64,000 bases of DNA from Octopus sinensis (lineage: Eukaryota): assembly GCF_006345805.1 (NCBI RefSeq), contig NC_043010.1:63240001-63304000 (forward strand), written 5' to 3'. This document shows, piece by piece, positions 25,701 to 35,149 of the stretch. Under the pieces are notes generated by a model. It searched no databases, was not told the origin of the DNA, and was given only the letters and a program-made list of their open reading frames with translations. Numbering within the stretch: the first letter of the stretch is position 1; every line of letters begins with the position of its first letter. A program made the position numbers and the translations under genes.

Positions 25701-26475
25701 ACACCTGTGTAGTTTTTCTATCTAACCATCTATCGCAAGCTAGGTAGTTAACTATCCCTCTCTCTCTCTCTCTCTATTTATCAATCTCTCTATCTCTCTC
25801 TATCTCTCTACATATACACCACACATACATATACACACTATGTGTTTATCTAATTTTTCTTTATCCTATTTCTACATATCTTCCTATCTTCTCTCCTTAT
25901 CTTTCCCTTTTCCCCCCTATCTCCCTCCCTCCCTCTCATTCCCTTTCTTTTTTTTTCCACATCTTTCTCCCATTTTCTTCCCTTCCCCCACCCTACCTCC
26001 CATCTTTCTACCCCCTCCCCCACCTCACCTTCAGGTAATATCTACAATTAATTACAGCAGGCTCGTCAATCCTCACCATACATCATACGCCTTTGATGTA
26101 ATTTCTCTGCCAGTAACACGTTAATGGACTTAAAATTCAACCTCATAAATCATAAAAGCAACCCAACACGATAATTAAAAACAGAATCAACGAAGAATAA
26201 AAAAAAATAAACGCAGGAAAAAAATATGAGTAAAAATTATTAATGAGGTTTAGCGAAAATATATTTTTTTAAAGCCTTTAAATCAAATAAAATAAAAAAT
26301 AATTTTGTGTATTTGCTTTAAAGAACGAATGTTTTCCTCAAAATGTTTGTGGTTTCGTTAATGGGATTGTGTTTGAGGTAAAGATTTTTTTCTTTTCTTT
26401 TTATAATTATTATTCCGTTAAGGTTTTGGGATATGTTTTCTGTACACAAAAAGATATCGTTAAAACGACCTGCAG

Positions 26476-26545
<70 letters not shown>

Positions 26546-26570
26546 CTATCTATCTATCTATCTATCTATC

Positions 26571-26602
<32 letters not shown>

Positions 26603-26920
26603 GTATTTCTTTATTGACCACAGGGGGCTGTACACTTAAACACAAGAGAAAACCACCTTTAACAGGTAATTTTTACACGCTAGAGGAAGCAGTTAAAACT
26701 ACCAGAACCTCATATAAGAGGAATTTTCGAAGGAAATGCAAAATAAAAATTTTTACCTTGTTATTTTTTTACAGTTATACCTAGGTTTCACATTTCTTTA
26801 GCAAATAAAATAATTTGCTAGGCAAATCCTCATCAGTAACCTTGATTTTGAAACACTATTTTGAAAAATTATAATATATAATGATGAGACGTGTTATTTG
26901 TCTCTAAATTATATGTTAGT

Positions 26921-26956
<36 letters not shown>

Positions 26957-27034
26957 GTTAAAGAGGACAACAAACATTAAGGGAAGGCAAATATCTCAAG
27001 TCATATGCATTATTATTATTGGAAAAAATTCAAA

Positions 27035-27090
27035 GTCTTACAGCTGTTTCTTGGATGTCCCAGAGTATGAGATATTCCATCATCAGAGAC
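27035..27090 (-). ncRNA. Minimal type I hammerhead-like motif (family 2)
   Basis: Reverse complement of the motif at 27165-27220. Confidence 0.6.
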
Positions 27091-27164
27091 AAATAGGGAA
27101 AATTAGGAGGGTATATACCTTTCTAATTTTCCTCATTTGTCTACCTTTCTAATTTTCCCTATTT

Positions 27165-27220
27165 GTCTCTGATGATGGAATATCTGATACTCTGGGACAT
27201 CCAAGAAACAGCTGTAAGAC
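27165..27220 (+). ncRNA. Minimal type I hammerhead-like motif (family 2)
   Basis: Stem I GTCT/AGAC, core CTGATGA, stem II TGGA/TCCA plus an extra A, GAAA, palindromic stem III ACAGCTGT, GUA cleavage triplet ending at 27216. Confidence 0.65.
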
Positions 27221-27441
27221 TTTGAATTTCTTCCAATAATAATAATGCGTATGACTTGAGATGTTTGCCTTGCCTTAACGTTTGTTGTCCTCTTTAACAA
27301 TTATATATCCGATATATTGGAAATCTGCAAAGGCTCCATTACTACTGCCTTGGCCATAACATTGGAGCCCTAGTAATCCATTAAAGCACTTACCTAGCAT
27401 ACCTAATCGTTTAGACCATTGTGAACTAAACCCCGTCATAA

Positions 27442-27516
<75 letters not shown>

Positions 27517-27524
27517 GTGTGTGT

Positions 27525-27697
27525 GTACCGTTGGCGATTTTTTTCCTCCGTCTTCCCTTCTTTGGATCTTTCCTTTTCCTATGTTTCCAACGAAGAGCTC
27601 TGCTCGAAACAAACCCTCCTTCTTTCCTGAGCGTCCAATAATACTATACTTGTTCCACGTCCTCGCGTTGTGTTTTTTTGTGCTTTCTTGTTTGGAT
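27525..27697 (+). mobile_element. Penelope-like pLTR fragment, family 4, with a decayed hammerhead (27583-27614)
   Basis: GTTT-CCAACGA-A-GAGC-TCT-GCTC-GAAAC-AAAC; inverted partner at 28329-28519; 3' end runs into (TA)n. Confidence 0.6.
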
Positions 27698-27800
27698 TAA
27701 CTATATATATACACACATACACTGTATATACTGTATATATGTGTGTATGTGTGCGTGCGTGTGTGTTATATATGTGTGTGTATGTGTGTGTATGTATGTA

Positions 27801-27861
<61 letters not shown>

Positions 27862-28076
27862 CATACATACATACATATATATATATATACATATATAATA
27901 ATATAAATATTAGGGAATAAATCCAAATTTACAGGGAAAAAATCAGATTTAGGATTAAATCCAATTTTATAGTAAAATATTATAAAAATTATTAGAGACA
28001 AAACCACTATTTTGCAAAACAAACAAGGAAAGACTTAATCAATACATAAAATTTTAATAAATAGTCAAAAAAACCG

Positions 28077-28119
28077 CCACTACAATTGTTTCTTGTCTTG
28101 ATCGACAATCTTCAGGTGG
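28077..28119 (-). ncRNA. Minimal type I hammerhead ribozyme (family 3)
   Basis: Exact reverse complement of 28167-28209. Confidence 0.8.
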
Positions 28120-28166
28120 ACTTCCAATAAGTCAGTTTCATAATTTGAAACTGACTTATTGGAAGT

Positions 28167-28209
28167 CCACCTGAAGATTGTCGATCAAGACAAGAAACAA
28201 TTGTAGTGG
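28167..28209 (+). ncRNA. Minimal type I hammerhead ribozyme (family 3)
   Basis: CCAC-CTGAAGA-TTGTC-gatcaa-GACAA-GAAAC-AATT-GTA-GTGG: stem I CCAC/GTGG, CUGANGA core, 5-bp stem II, palindromic stem III ACAATTGT, predicted cut after 28205. Confidence 0.8.
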
Positions 28210-28328
28210 CGGTTTTTTTGACTATTTATTAAAATTTTATGTATTGATTAAGTCTTTCCTTGTTTGTTTTGCAAAATAGTGGTTTTGTCTCTAATAATAT
28301 TTTATATACATATATATATATATATATA

Positions 28329-28519
28329 TCCAAACATGAAAACACAAAGAGAAAACACAACAACGCGAGGACGTAGAACAAGTATAGTATTATTGGACGC
28401 TCAGGAAAGGAGGAAAGAAGGAGGGCGTAACGTTTCGAGCGGAGCTCTTTGTCGAAAACATAGGAAAAGGAAAGATCCAAAGAAGGGAAGACGGATCAAA
28501 AAAAATCGCCAACAGTACA
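28329..28519 (-). mobile_element. Penelope-like pLTR fragment, family 4, with a decayed hammerhead (28425-28459)
   Basis: Reverse strand GTTT-TCGACAA-A-GAGC-TCC-GCTC-GAAACGTT; homologous to 27525-27697; 3' end runs into (TA)n. Confidence 0.6.
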
Positions 28520-28798
28520 CACGCGGTAAAACTCAGTAGAATCTAGGCACATCAACTCATAGGATGCCAGAAATGGCTAGGTACAATAGCATAGGGTTCA
28601 CAGCGAGGGAAAAACAACTTTGACGGTATTAGCTGTTGGTAGGATACAGTAGATATGTAAGTACCAAATTCAGTTTAACCCGAATATCTGATTCAGGGAA
28701 GGCGTGGCTGTGTGGTTAAGAAGCTTGCTTTGCAAATATGGTTTCAGGTTCAATCCCACAGCTTGGCACAACCATGGACTGATTGATGACTTGTAAAA

Positions 28799-29027
28799 GG
28801 CGGCGAGCTGGCAGAACCGTTAGCATGCTGGGCGAAATGCGTAGCCGTATTTCGTCTGCCGTTATGTTCTGAGTCCAAATTCCGCCGAGGTCGACTTTGC
28901 CTTTCATCTTTTCAGGGTCGATAAATTAAGTACCAGTTACGCACTGGGGTCGATATCATCGACTTAATCTGTCTGTCTGTCCTTGTTTGTCCTCTCTATG
29001 TTTAGCCCCTTGTGGGTAATAAAGAAG
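28799..29027 (+). mobile_element. SINE family A (about 230 bp, tRNA-derived)
   Basis: ggcggcgagctggcagaaccgttagca (A box) ... gagtccaaattcc (B box) ... cctttcatc..ggtcgataaattaagtaccag ... gtaataaagaa. Other copies near 33690, 34322, 35183, 35356, 44947, 59205, 59972, 60480, 60981, 61397 and 62820. Confidence 0.85.
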
Positions 29028-29299
29028 CAGATGACTTGTAAATGAATCTGGTAGACAGAAATTGGGTGGGGGTTCATTATAAATACATTCTTTTATTCTT
29101 TTACTTGTTTCAGTCATTTGACTGTGGCCATGCTGGAGCACCACCTTTAGTTGAGCAAATCGACCCCAGGACTTATTGTTTGTAAGCCCAGTACTTATTC
29201 TATCGATGTATTTTGCCAAACTGCTAAGTGACAGGGACGTAAACACACCAACTTTGGTTGTCAAATATTGTTGGTTGGGACAAACACAGACACAAACAT

Positions 29300-29330
<31 letters not shown>

Positions 29331-29535
29331 ACAGGCTTCTTTCAGTTTCTGTCTACCAAATCTACTCACAAGACTTTGGTCAGCCCAAGGCTATAGTAGA
29401 AGACACTTGCCCAAAGTGCCATGCAGTGGGACTGAACCCAGAACCATTTGGTTGGTAATTGACCTACTTACCACACACCCACATGTTCGCTATATATGTG
29501 TATATATATGTGTGTATGTGTGTGTATGTGTGTAT

Positions 29536-29902
29536 GGTGGAGGCACAATGGCCGAGTGTTTAGGGCAGCAGGATCACGATTTCGATTCCCAGACCAGGCG
29601 TTGTGAGTTTTTATTGAGCAAAAATACTCAAAGCTCCACAAGGCTCCGGCAGGGTGGGGTGGCGAACCCTGTTATACTCTTTCACCACAACTTTCTCTCA
29701 CTCTTTCTTCCTGTTTCTGTTGTACCTGTATTTCAAAGGGCCAGCCTTGTCACACTCTGTGTTACACTGAATCTCCCTGAGAACTAGGTTAAGGGTACAC
29801 ATGTCTGTGGAGTACTCAGCCACTTGTCTGTTAATTTCATGAGTAGGCTGTTCTGTTGATCGGATCAAGTGGAACCCTCGTCGTCGTAACCAAAGGAGTT
29901 CC
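29536..29902 (+). mobile_element. tRNA-headed SINE (family D)
   Basis: ggtggaggcacaatggccgagtg..tttcgattcccagacc head and a distinct tail ending ggaaccctcgtcgtcgtaacc. Confidence 0.6.
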
Positions 29903-30081
29903 ACAATGTGTGTGTGTGTGTGTACTGCTTTGTCTTTCCTTCCCCACCATTTGACAACCAGTGTTGGTTTGTTTACACTCAATAACTTTGCCGTTTTGCA
30001 AAAGAGACTAATAAAATAAATACCTGAATTTAAACAAGATAAGGACAGTGGTCAGTTTGTCCATCTAAACCCTTCAACACG

Positions 30082-30290
30082 GTGATGGTGGTGGTGGTGG
30101 CGGCGGTGGTGGTGGTGGTGGTGGTGGCGGTGGTAGTGGCGGTGGTAGTGGCGGTGGTGGCAGTGATGGTGATGTGGTGGCATTGGTGGTGGTGGTGGCG
30201 GTGGGGATGGTGTTGGTAGTGGTAGTGGTTGTGGTGCCAATGGTGGTAGCAGTAGTGACGGCGGCGGCAGTGGTGGTGGTGTAGACAAGC
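30082..30290. repeat. (GGT)n/(GGC)n/(AGT)n trinucleotide array
   Basis: Directly visible. Confidence 0.9.
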
Positions 30291-30641
30291 AGAAGTAGGA
30301 GTAGTAGTAACAGTAGGGATGCTAGTGCTAATGGAGGTGTTGTAGCATGTCGGATGGCAGAGGCAGAGACAGTAAATCAATGAGTATCAGATGGGCGTGG
30401 TCCATCTGACCCTTTTCACCCACCCCCTACCCCATCCTTCATTTCCATAGTTACCAACCAACTATGATGCCAGTTTGCTGTTCAAGCACAACACCAACCA
30501 CTAAGCCATCATTCAACCCTACCACCCCACGCTACTCCCCACCCCGGTCCATATTCTGCAGGGGCGGGGAGGCAGGAAGGGGTCACAGTGGATGATTAGT
30601 GCAGACTTTTGGATTTGTTACATGGCTCAGAATCCCCCTCA

Positions 30642-30745
30642 ATATCATCATCACTGTCATCATTATTGTCATCATCCACATCATCATCATCATCATCCAC
30701 ATCATCATCATCGTCGTCGTCGTCATCATCGTCATCACCATCACC

Positions 30746-30779
<34 letters not shown>

Positions 30780-30784
30780 TCATC

Positions 30785-30818
<34 letters not shown>

Positions 30819-30951
30819 TCCACATCATCATCATCATCACATCATCATCATCCACATCATCATCATCGTTGTCGTCGTCATCATCATCATCATCATTATC
30901 ATCATCATCTACATCATCATCAACCACATCATCATCAACCACATCATCATC

Positions 30952-30983
<32 letters not shown>

Positions 30984-31400
30984 CATCATCATCACTATCA
31001 TCATCATCATCATCATCATCATCATAATCATCATCATCATCATCATCATCATTGTTGTCATTATCCTCATCATCATCATCATTATCATTGTCATCATTGA
31101 CATCATCATCAGTATCATAGTCTATGTCATCATCATCATCAGCAGCAGCAGAATCAGTATCATCATCATCATCATTACCGTTATCATCATGATCAACACC
31201 ATTACAGCCACTACCGTCACTACCGCCACATTACCATTACCATCATCATCACTATCACCACCACCGTCACCATCACTACCATCATGAAAATTACCAACAT
31301 CCCTAATCATCATCACTGCAACCATCATTATCACCATCATCATCATAATAATTACCACCATCCCTACCACCACCTCCACTCCCATCATCATCAACACTAC
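30642..31400. repeat. (CAT)n/(CAC)n trinucleotide array
   Basis: About 760 bp of CAT with CAC, CGT and TAT variants. Confidence 0.95.
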
Positions 31401-31416
31401 ATACTAAGCTTTCAGA

Positions 31417-32247
31417 TATCAGTTGCAGACAGTGTGATATCAATTGTGAACAATGTGATATCAGTTGTGGACAGTGTGATATTTGTTGTGGATAGTGTAA
31501 TATCAGTTGGGAGCAGTGTGTTATCAATTGTGAACAATGTGATATCAGTTGTGGACAGTGTGATATTTGTTGTGGATGGTGTAATATCAGTTGGGAGCAG
31601 TGTGATATCAATTGTGAACAATGTGATATCAGTTGTGGACAGTATGATATCAGTTGTGGACAGTGTGATATTTGTTGTGGATGGTGTAATATCAGTTGGG
31701 AGCAGTGTGATATCAATTGTGAACAATGTGATATCAGTTGTGGACAGTATGATATCAGTTGTGGACAGTATGATATTTATTGTGGATGGTGTAATATCAG
31801 TTGGGAGCAGTGTGACATCAATTGTGAACAATGTGATATCAGTTGTGGACAGTATCATATCAGTTGTGGACAGTATGATATTTGTTGTGGATGGTGTAAT
31901 ATCAGTTGGGAGCAGTGTGATATCAATTGCGAACAATGTGATATCAGTTGTGGACAGTATGATATCAGTTGTGGACAATATGATATTTGTTGTGGATAGT
32001 ATGATATCAGTTGGAGGCAGTGTGATGTCAGTTGTGGACAGTATGATATCAGTTGTGGACAGTATGATATTTGTTGTGGATGGTGTAATATCAGTTGGGA
32101 GCAGTGTGATATCAATTGTGAACAATGTGATATCAGTTGTGGACAGTATGATATCAGTTGTGGACAGTATGATATTTGTTGTGGATAGTGTGATATCAGT
32201 TGGAGGCAGTGTGATGTCAGTTGTGGACAGTGAGATATCAGTTGTAG
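31417..32247. repeat. 21-bp minisatellite with higher-order structure, about 39 units
   Basis: Unit tgatatcagttgtggacagtg; four variant monomers recur in ordered 84-bp and 105-bp blocks. Confidence 0.95.
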
Positions 32248-32540
32248 ACATATATCTAGCAACAGGTTTGGCCCTGTATCATTTAAACCAGCCAAAATCC
32301 AGTTCAAATTTTCTACATGTTTTACAGTCAAACTGGCCACATCCAACCTCTCACACCTGACCTACACTAACATTCTAAAACTAAACAATCACTTAACTGA
32401 AACCGCAAAGTTACAAGATAGTGTGTGATTGGTTCAAAACAATTTAAATAAAAAGAGCATCAAGTTCTATATTTAAGAGATGAGGAATTATGTACATTGT
32501 TTACATTTGACGGATATTTGTCTTCATCTTGTTTGTTGTT

Positions 32541-32586
32541 AACACAACATTTCGGCTGATATATCCTCCAGCCTTCATCAGGTGTC
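32541..32586 (-). ncRNA. Minimal type I hammerhead ribozyme (family 1)
   Basis: Reverse strand GACAC-CTGATGA-A-GGCTG-gaggatatat-CAGCC-GAAA-TG-TT-GTGTT; one C>T change in stem III. Confidence 0.7.
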
Positions 32587-32840
32587 TTGGTGAAATTTAG
32601 AATCTGGGTTCTCATTCCTAAGGTATTTTTCAATGTTATTGTCGATGTTGTTGTTGTTATTGTTGTTATTATTATTCATGTCACTGCCTGGAATCGAACT
32701 CGGAATCTTGGGGTTAGTAGCCCACACTCTTAACCACTATGCCTTTGCCCACAGGCATATGGTGTAGTGGTTAAGAGCACTGGCTACTAACCCTAAGATT
32801 CTGAGTTCGATTCCAGACAGTGACATGAATAATAATGATG

Positions 32841-32898
<58 letters not shown>

Positions 32899-32959
32899 CA
32901 ACAACAATAACATTGAAAAATACCTTAGGAATGAGAACCCAGGTTTGGAATTTCCCCAA

Positions 32960-33005
32960 GACACCTGATGAAGGTTCGAGGGTATATCAGCCGAAACGTT
33001 GTGTT
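32960..33005 (+). ncRNA. Minimal type I hammerhead ribozyme (family 1)
   Basis: GACAC-CTGATGA-A-GGTTC-gagggtatat-CAGCC-GAAA-CG-TT-GTGTT; palindromic ACGT stem III; stem II weakened by two changes relative to the partner copy. Confidence 0.7.
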
Positions 33006-34013
33006 TAACAACAAACAAGATAAGGACAAATATCCGTCAAATGTAAATAATGTAAAAAATGTAAAAAAGAGCATTACATTGGATCGAATAATATGAATAC
33101 TAAAGGTTTAAGATATTTAACTATGACAACATAATAATGTTGTTGATGTTGTTATTAATGGTGAACTCCAGTCAAATAAGAGCAAGAAGCATTTCAGATG
33201 TGTTTATACCATTCAATCTTCATTCAAATGTTAATTTAAAAAAAAAAAAGACATGGTGGAGTTCGATGTGAGTGAAATATGCCTGAAATGTTGGCTGCTA
33301 TTTCTTGTAAGCTGTACAACCACGTAGGTGCTACCACATTACTGTGTTCATGTTTATCATGTAACGTTATGTGATATGAAGGTGGTGAAGGGGCCTAGCC
33401 TGGTGGTTAGGGAGTTGCATTCATGATTGCTAGATCACAGGTTCGATTCTTGGACGGTGCAGTACAATGTGCTCTTGAGCAAGGCATTTCATTTCACATT
33501 GCTCCAGTCCTCTCGGCTGTAAATGGAGAACCCTGCAACGGACAAACCTTTTGATCAGAAGGAATGTTGGCCTGCCCACTTAGGCAGCAGGGTGCCATCA
33601 TTCGAAAGCTAAAATGATGCAAAGTGCACTGTGATCAGCGATGTATAACAGCATCTGATAGTCTGTTCAATCATATGATATGGTGGAATTAAGTTGGTGA
33701 GTTGTCAGAATTGTTAGCAAGCCAGGTAAAATGGTTTGCAGCATTTCGTCTGTGTTTGTGTCCTGAGTTCAAAATCCACCGAGGTCAGCTTTGCTTTTCG
33801 TCCTTCCAGGGTCGATAAAATAGGTACAAATTGAGGTAACGTAATCAATTTAACCCCCCGCCACTCAAAACTTGCTGGCCTTGTGCCAAAATTTGAAACC
33901 AATGTTTTTTTTGTAAGATAAAGTTAAAAGAAATTGTTTAATCTATGAATTTACAGGTACACTTGTGTGTGTATGTGTGTGTTACATATATTTGGCTGTG
34001 TATATGTGTATGA

Positions 34014-34048
<35 letters not shown>

Positions 34049-34243
34049 AGTGTATCTATACAAATATAACATATGTGCGTATGTATATTATTTTATTTGT
34101 GTGCTTGTTTTGCTAAAATTTTGATGTGAAAAATCTGTGCTGAAACAGATGTTGTTCTATCTTGGGAAGGTCATTTTTGCCAATAAGAAATACGTGCACA
34201 AGTTCTATCTCACTCATCATCATCATCATCATTATCATTAATA

Positions 34244-34316
<73 letters not shown>

Positions 34317-34563
34317 TATTAGGACAGTGAGCTGGCAGAATCGTTAGCACGTCGGGCGAAATGCTCAGCAGTATTTCATTCATCTTTACGTTCTGAGTTC
34401 AAATTCCGCCGAGGTCAACTTTGCCGTTCATCTTTTCGGGGGTCGATTATATAAGTACCAGTTACGAACAGGGGTCGATATAATCGACTTAATCCCTTCT
34501 CCCAAATTTGAGGCCCTGTGCTTTCAGTAGAAAGGATTATCATTATTATTATTATTATTATTA

Positions 34564-34595
<32 letters not shown>

Positions 34596-35149
34596 GAGTG
34601 AGAGAACAGTGCATGCCATCAAAGTGACACGGGTAAAATATATGAAGCCCAGTAAATCCATCATGACTACCCGTCTGATAAGGGTAGACCATGCACATGC
34701 ATCACAACCATATGTGTGTGACATGATGATCTCATATCAAGATAAACAGCACATGACCTTGCAGGTGGGGGCCAGTTAGAATTTTCTTCTGGTCGAGTAA
34801 CCCATCCCACTCAAAAGGTCCCTGAATAAGGGTTGTTTAAGGATGTTGAACGAAACACCCATGTTTCCAAAGGTGAGTTATTCAAACCTCATAGAATTCC
34901 TCTCAACATATGGCTATGATGCTACCCCCACTACTTCTGCTCGTGATCAGAGATGCACATATCGTCAGCCACTAAGGGACATGCTCAACTGGTTATGGTC
35001 AAACAACTGACAAGCAAATCTGTGGTATTGAGCAGAATATTTGCTGTAGCCCATCTTTTATACCAAAACAAAACAATGTACGTGATAAACCTTCCAATCA
35101 GTTAAGATCAGAAGCCATGAGAGCCACTGCCTGGTACTGCATCTGGGCA
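34596..35149. mobile_element. Interspersed element of about 550 bp flanked by (TAT)n on both sides; class unknown
   Basis: Complex-sequence block with sharp boundaries against (TAT)n tracts; no ORF or TIR; probably a retroelement 3' region. Confidence 0.4.

Larger units (their letters stand above)
26949..27308. mobile_element. Palindromic Penelope-like/retrozyme-like element, family 2 (head-to-head copies)
   Basis: Arms are near-perfect reverse complements with a few mismatches around the centre ggtatatacc (about 27110-27119); both outer ends abut (TA)n; each arm carries a hammerhead-like motif. Confidence 0.75.
27905..28308. mobile_element. Palindromic element, family 3: 153-bp identical arms, 5-nt loop, two hammerheads
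   Basis: 27988-28140 is the exact reverse complement of 28146-28298 (loop TAATT). The minus-strand copy continues about 80 bp further as a tail ending at (TA)n. Confidence 0.85.
32461..33063. mobile_element. Palindromic non-autonomous element, family 1: tRNA-like head + (AAT)n + hammerhead tail, two copies head-to-head, 11-bp TSD
   Basis: Arms are reverse complements around about 32741-32763. TSD aaaaagagcat at 32450-32460 and 33064-33074. A box TGGTGTAGTGG at 32760 and B box GAGTTCGATTCC at 32803, mirrored at 32690-32701. Confidence 0.85.

Noticed and set aside
30030-31397. Poly-His, poly-Ile, poly-Asp and poly-Met ORFs
   Set aside because: Trinucleotide microsatellite translations.
31284-32360. 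358-aa VISVVDS ORF and a mucin-like Thr-rich ORF on the minus strand
   Set aside because: A stop-free 21-bp repeat keeps frames open on both strands; no signal peptide or splice support.
32755-32820. True tRNA gene (also the heads of SINE families A, B, D and E)
   Set aside because: A and B boxes are present, but the acceptor stem is incomplete and each head continues into a repeat body.
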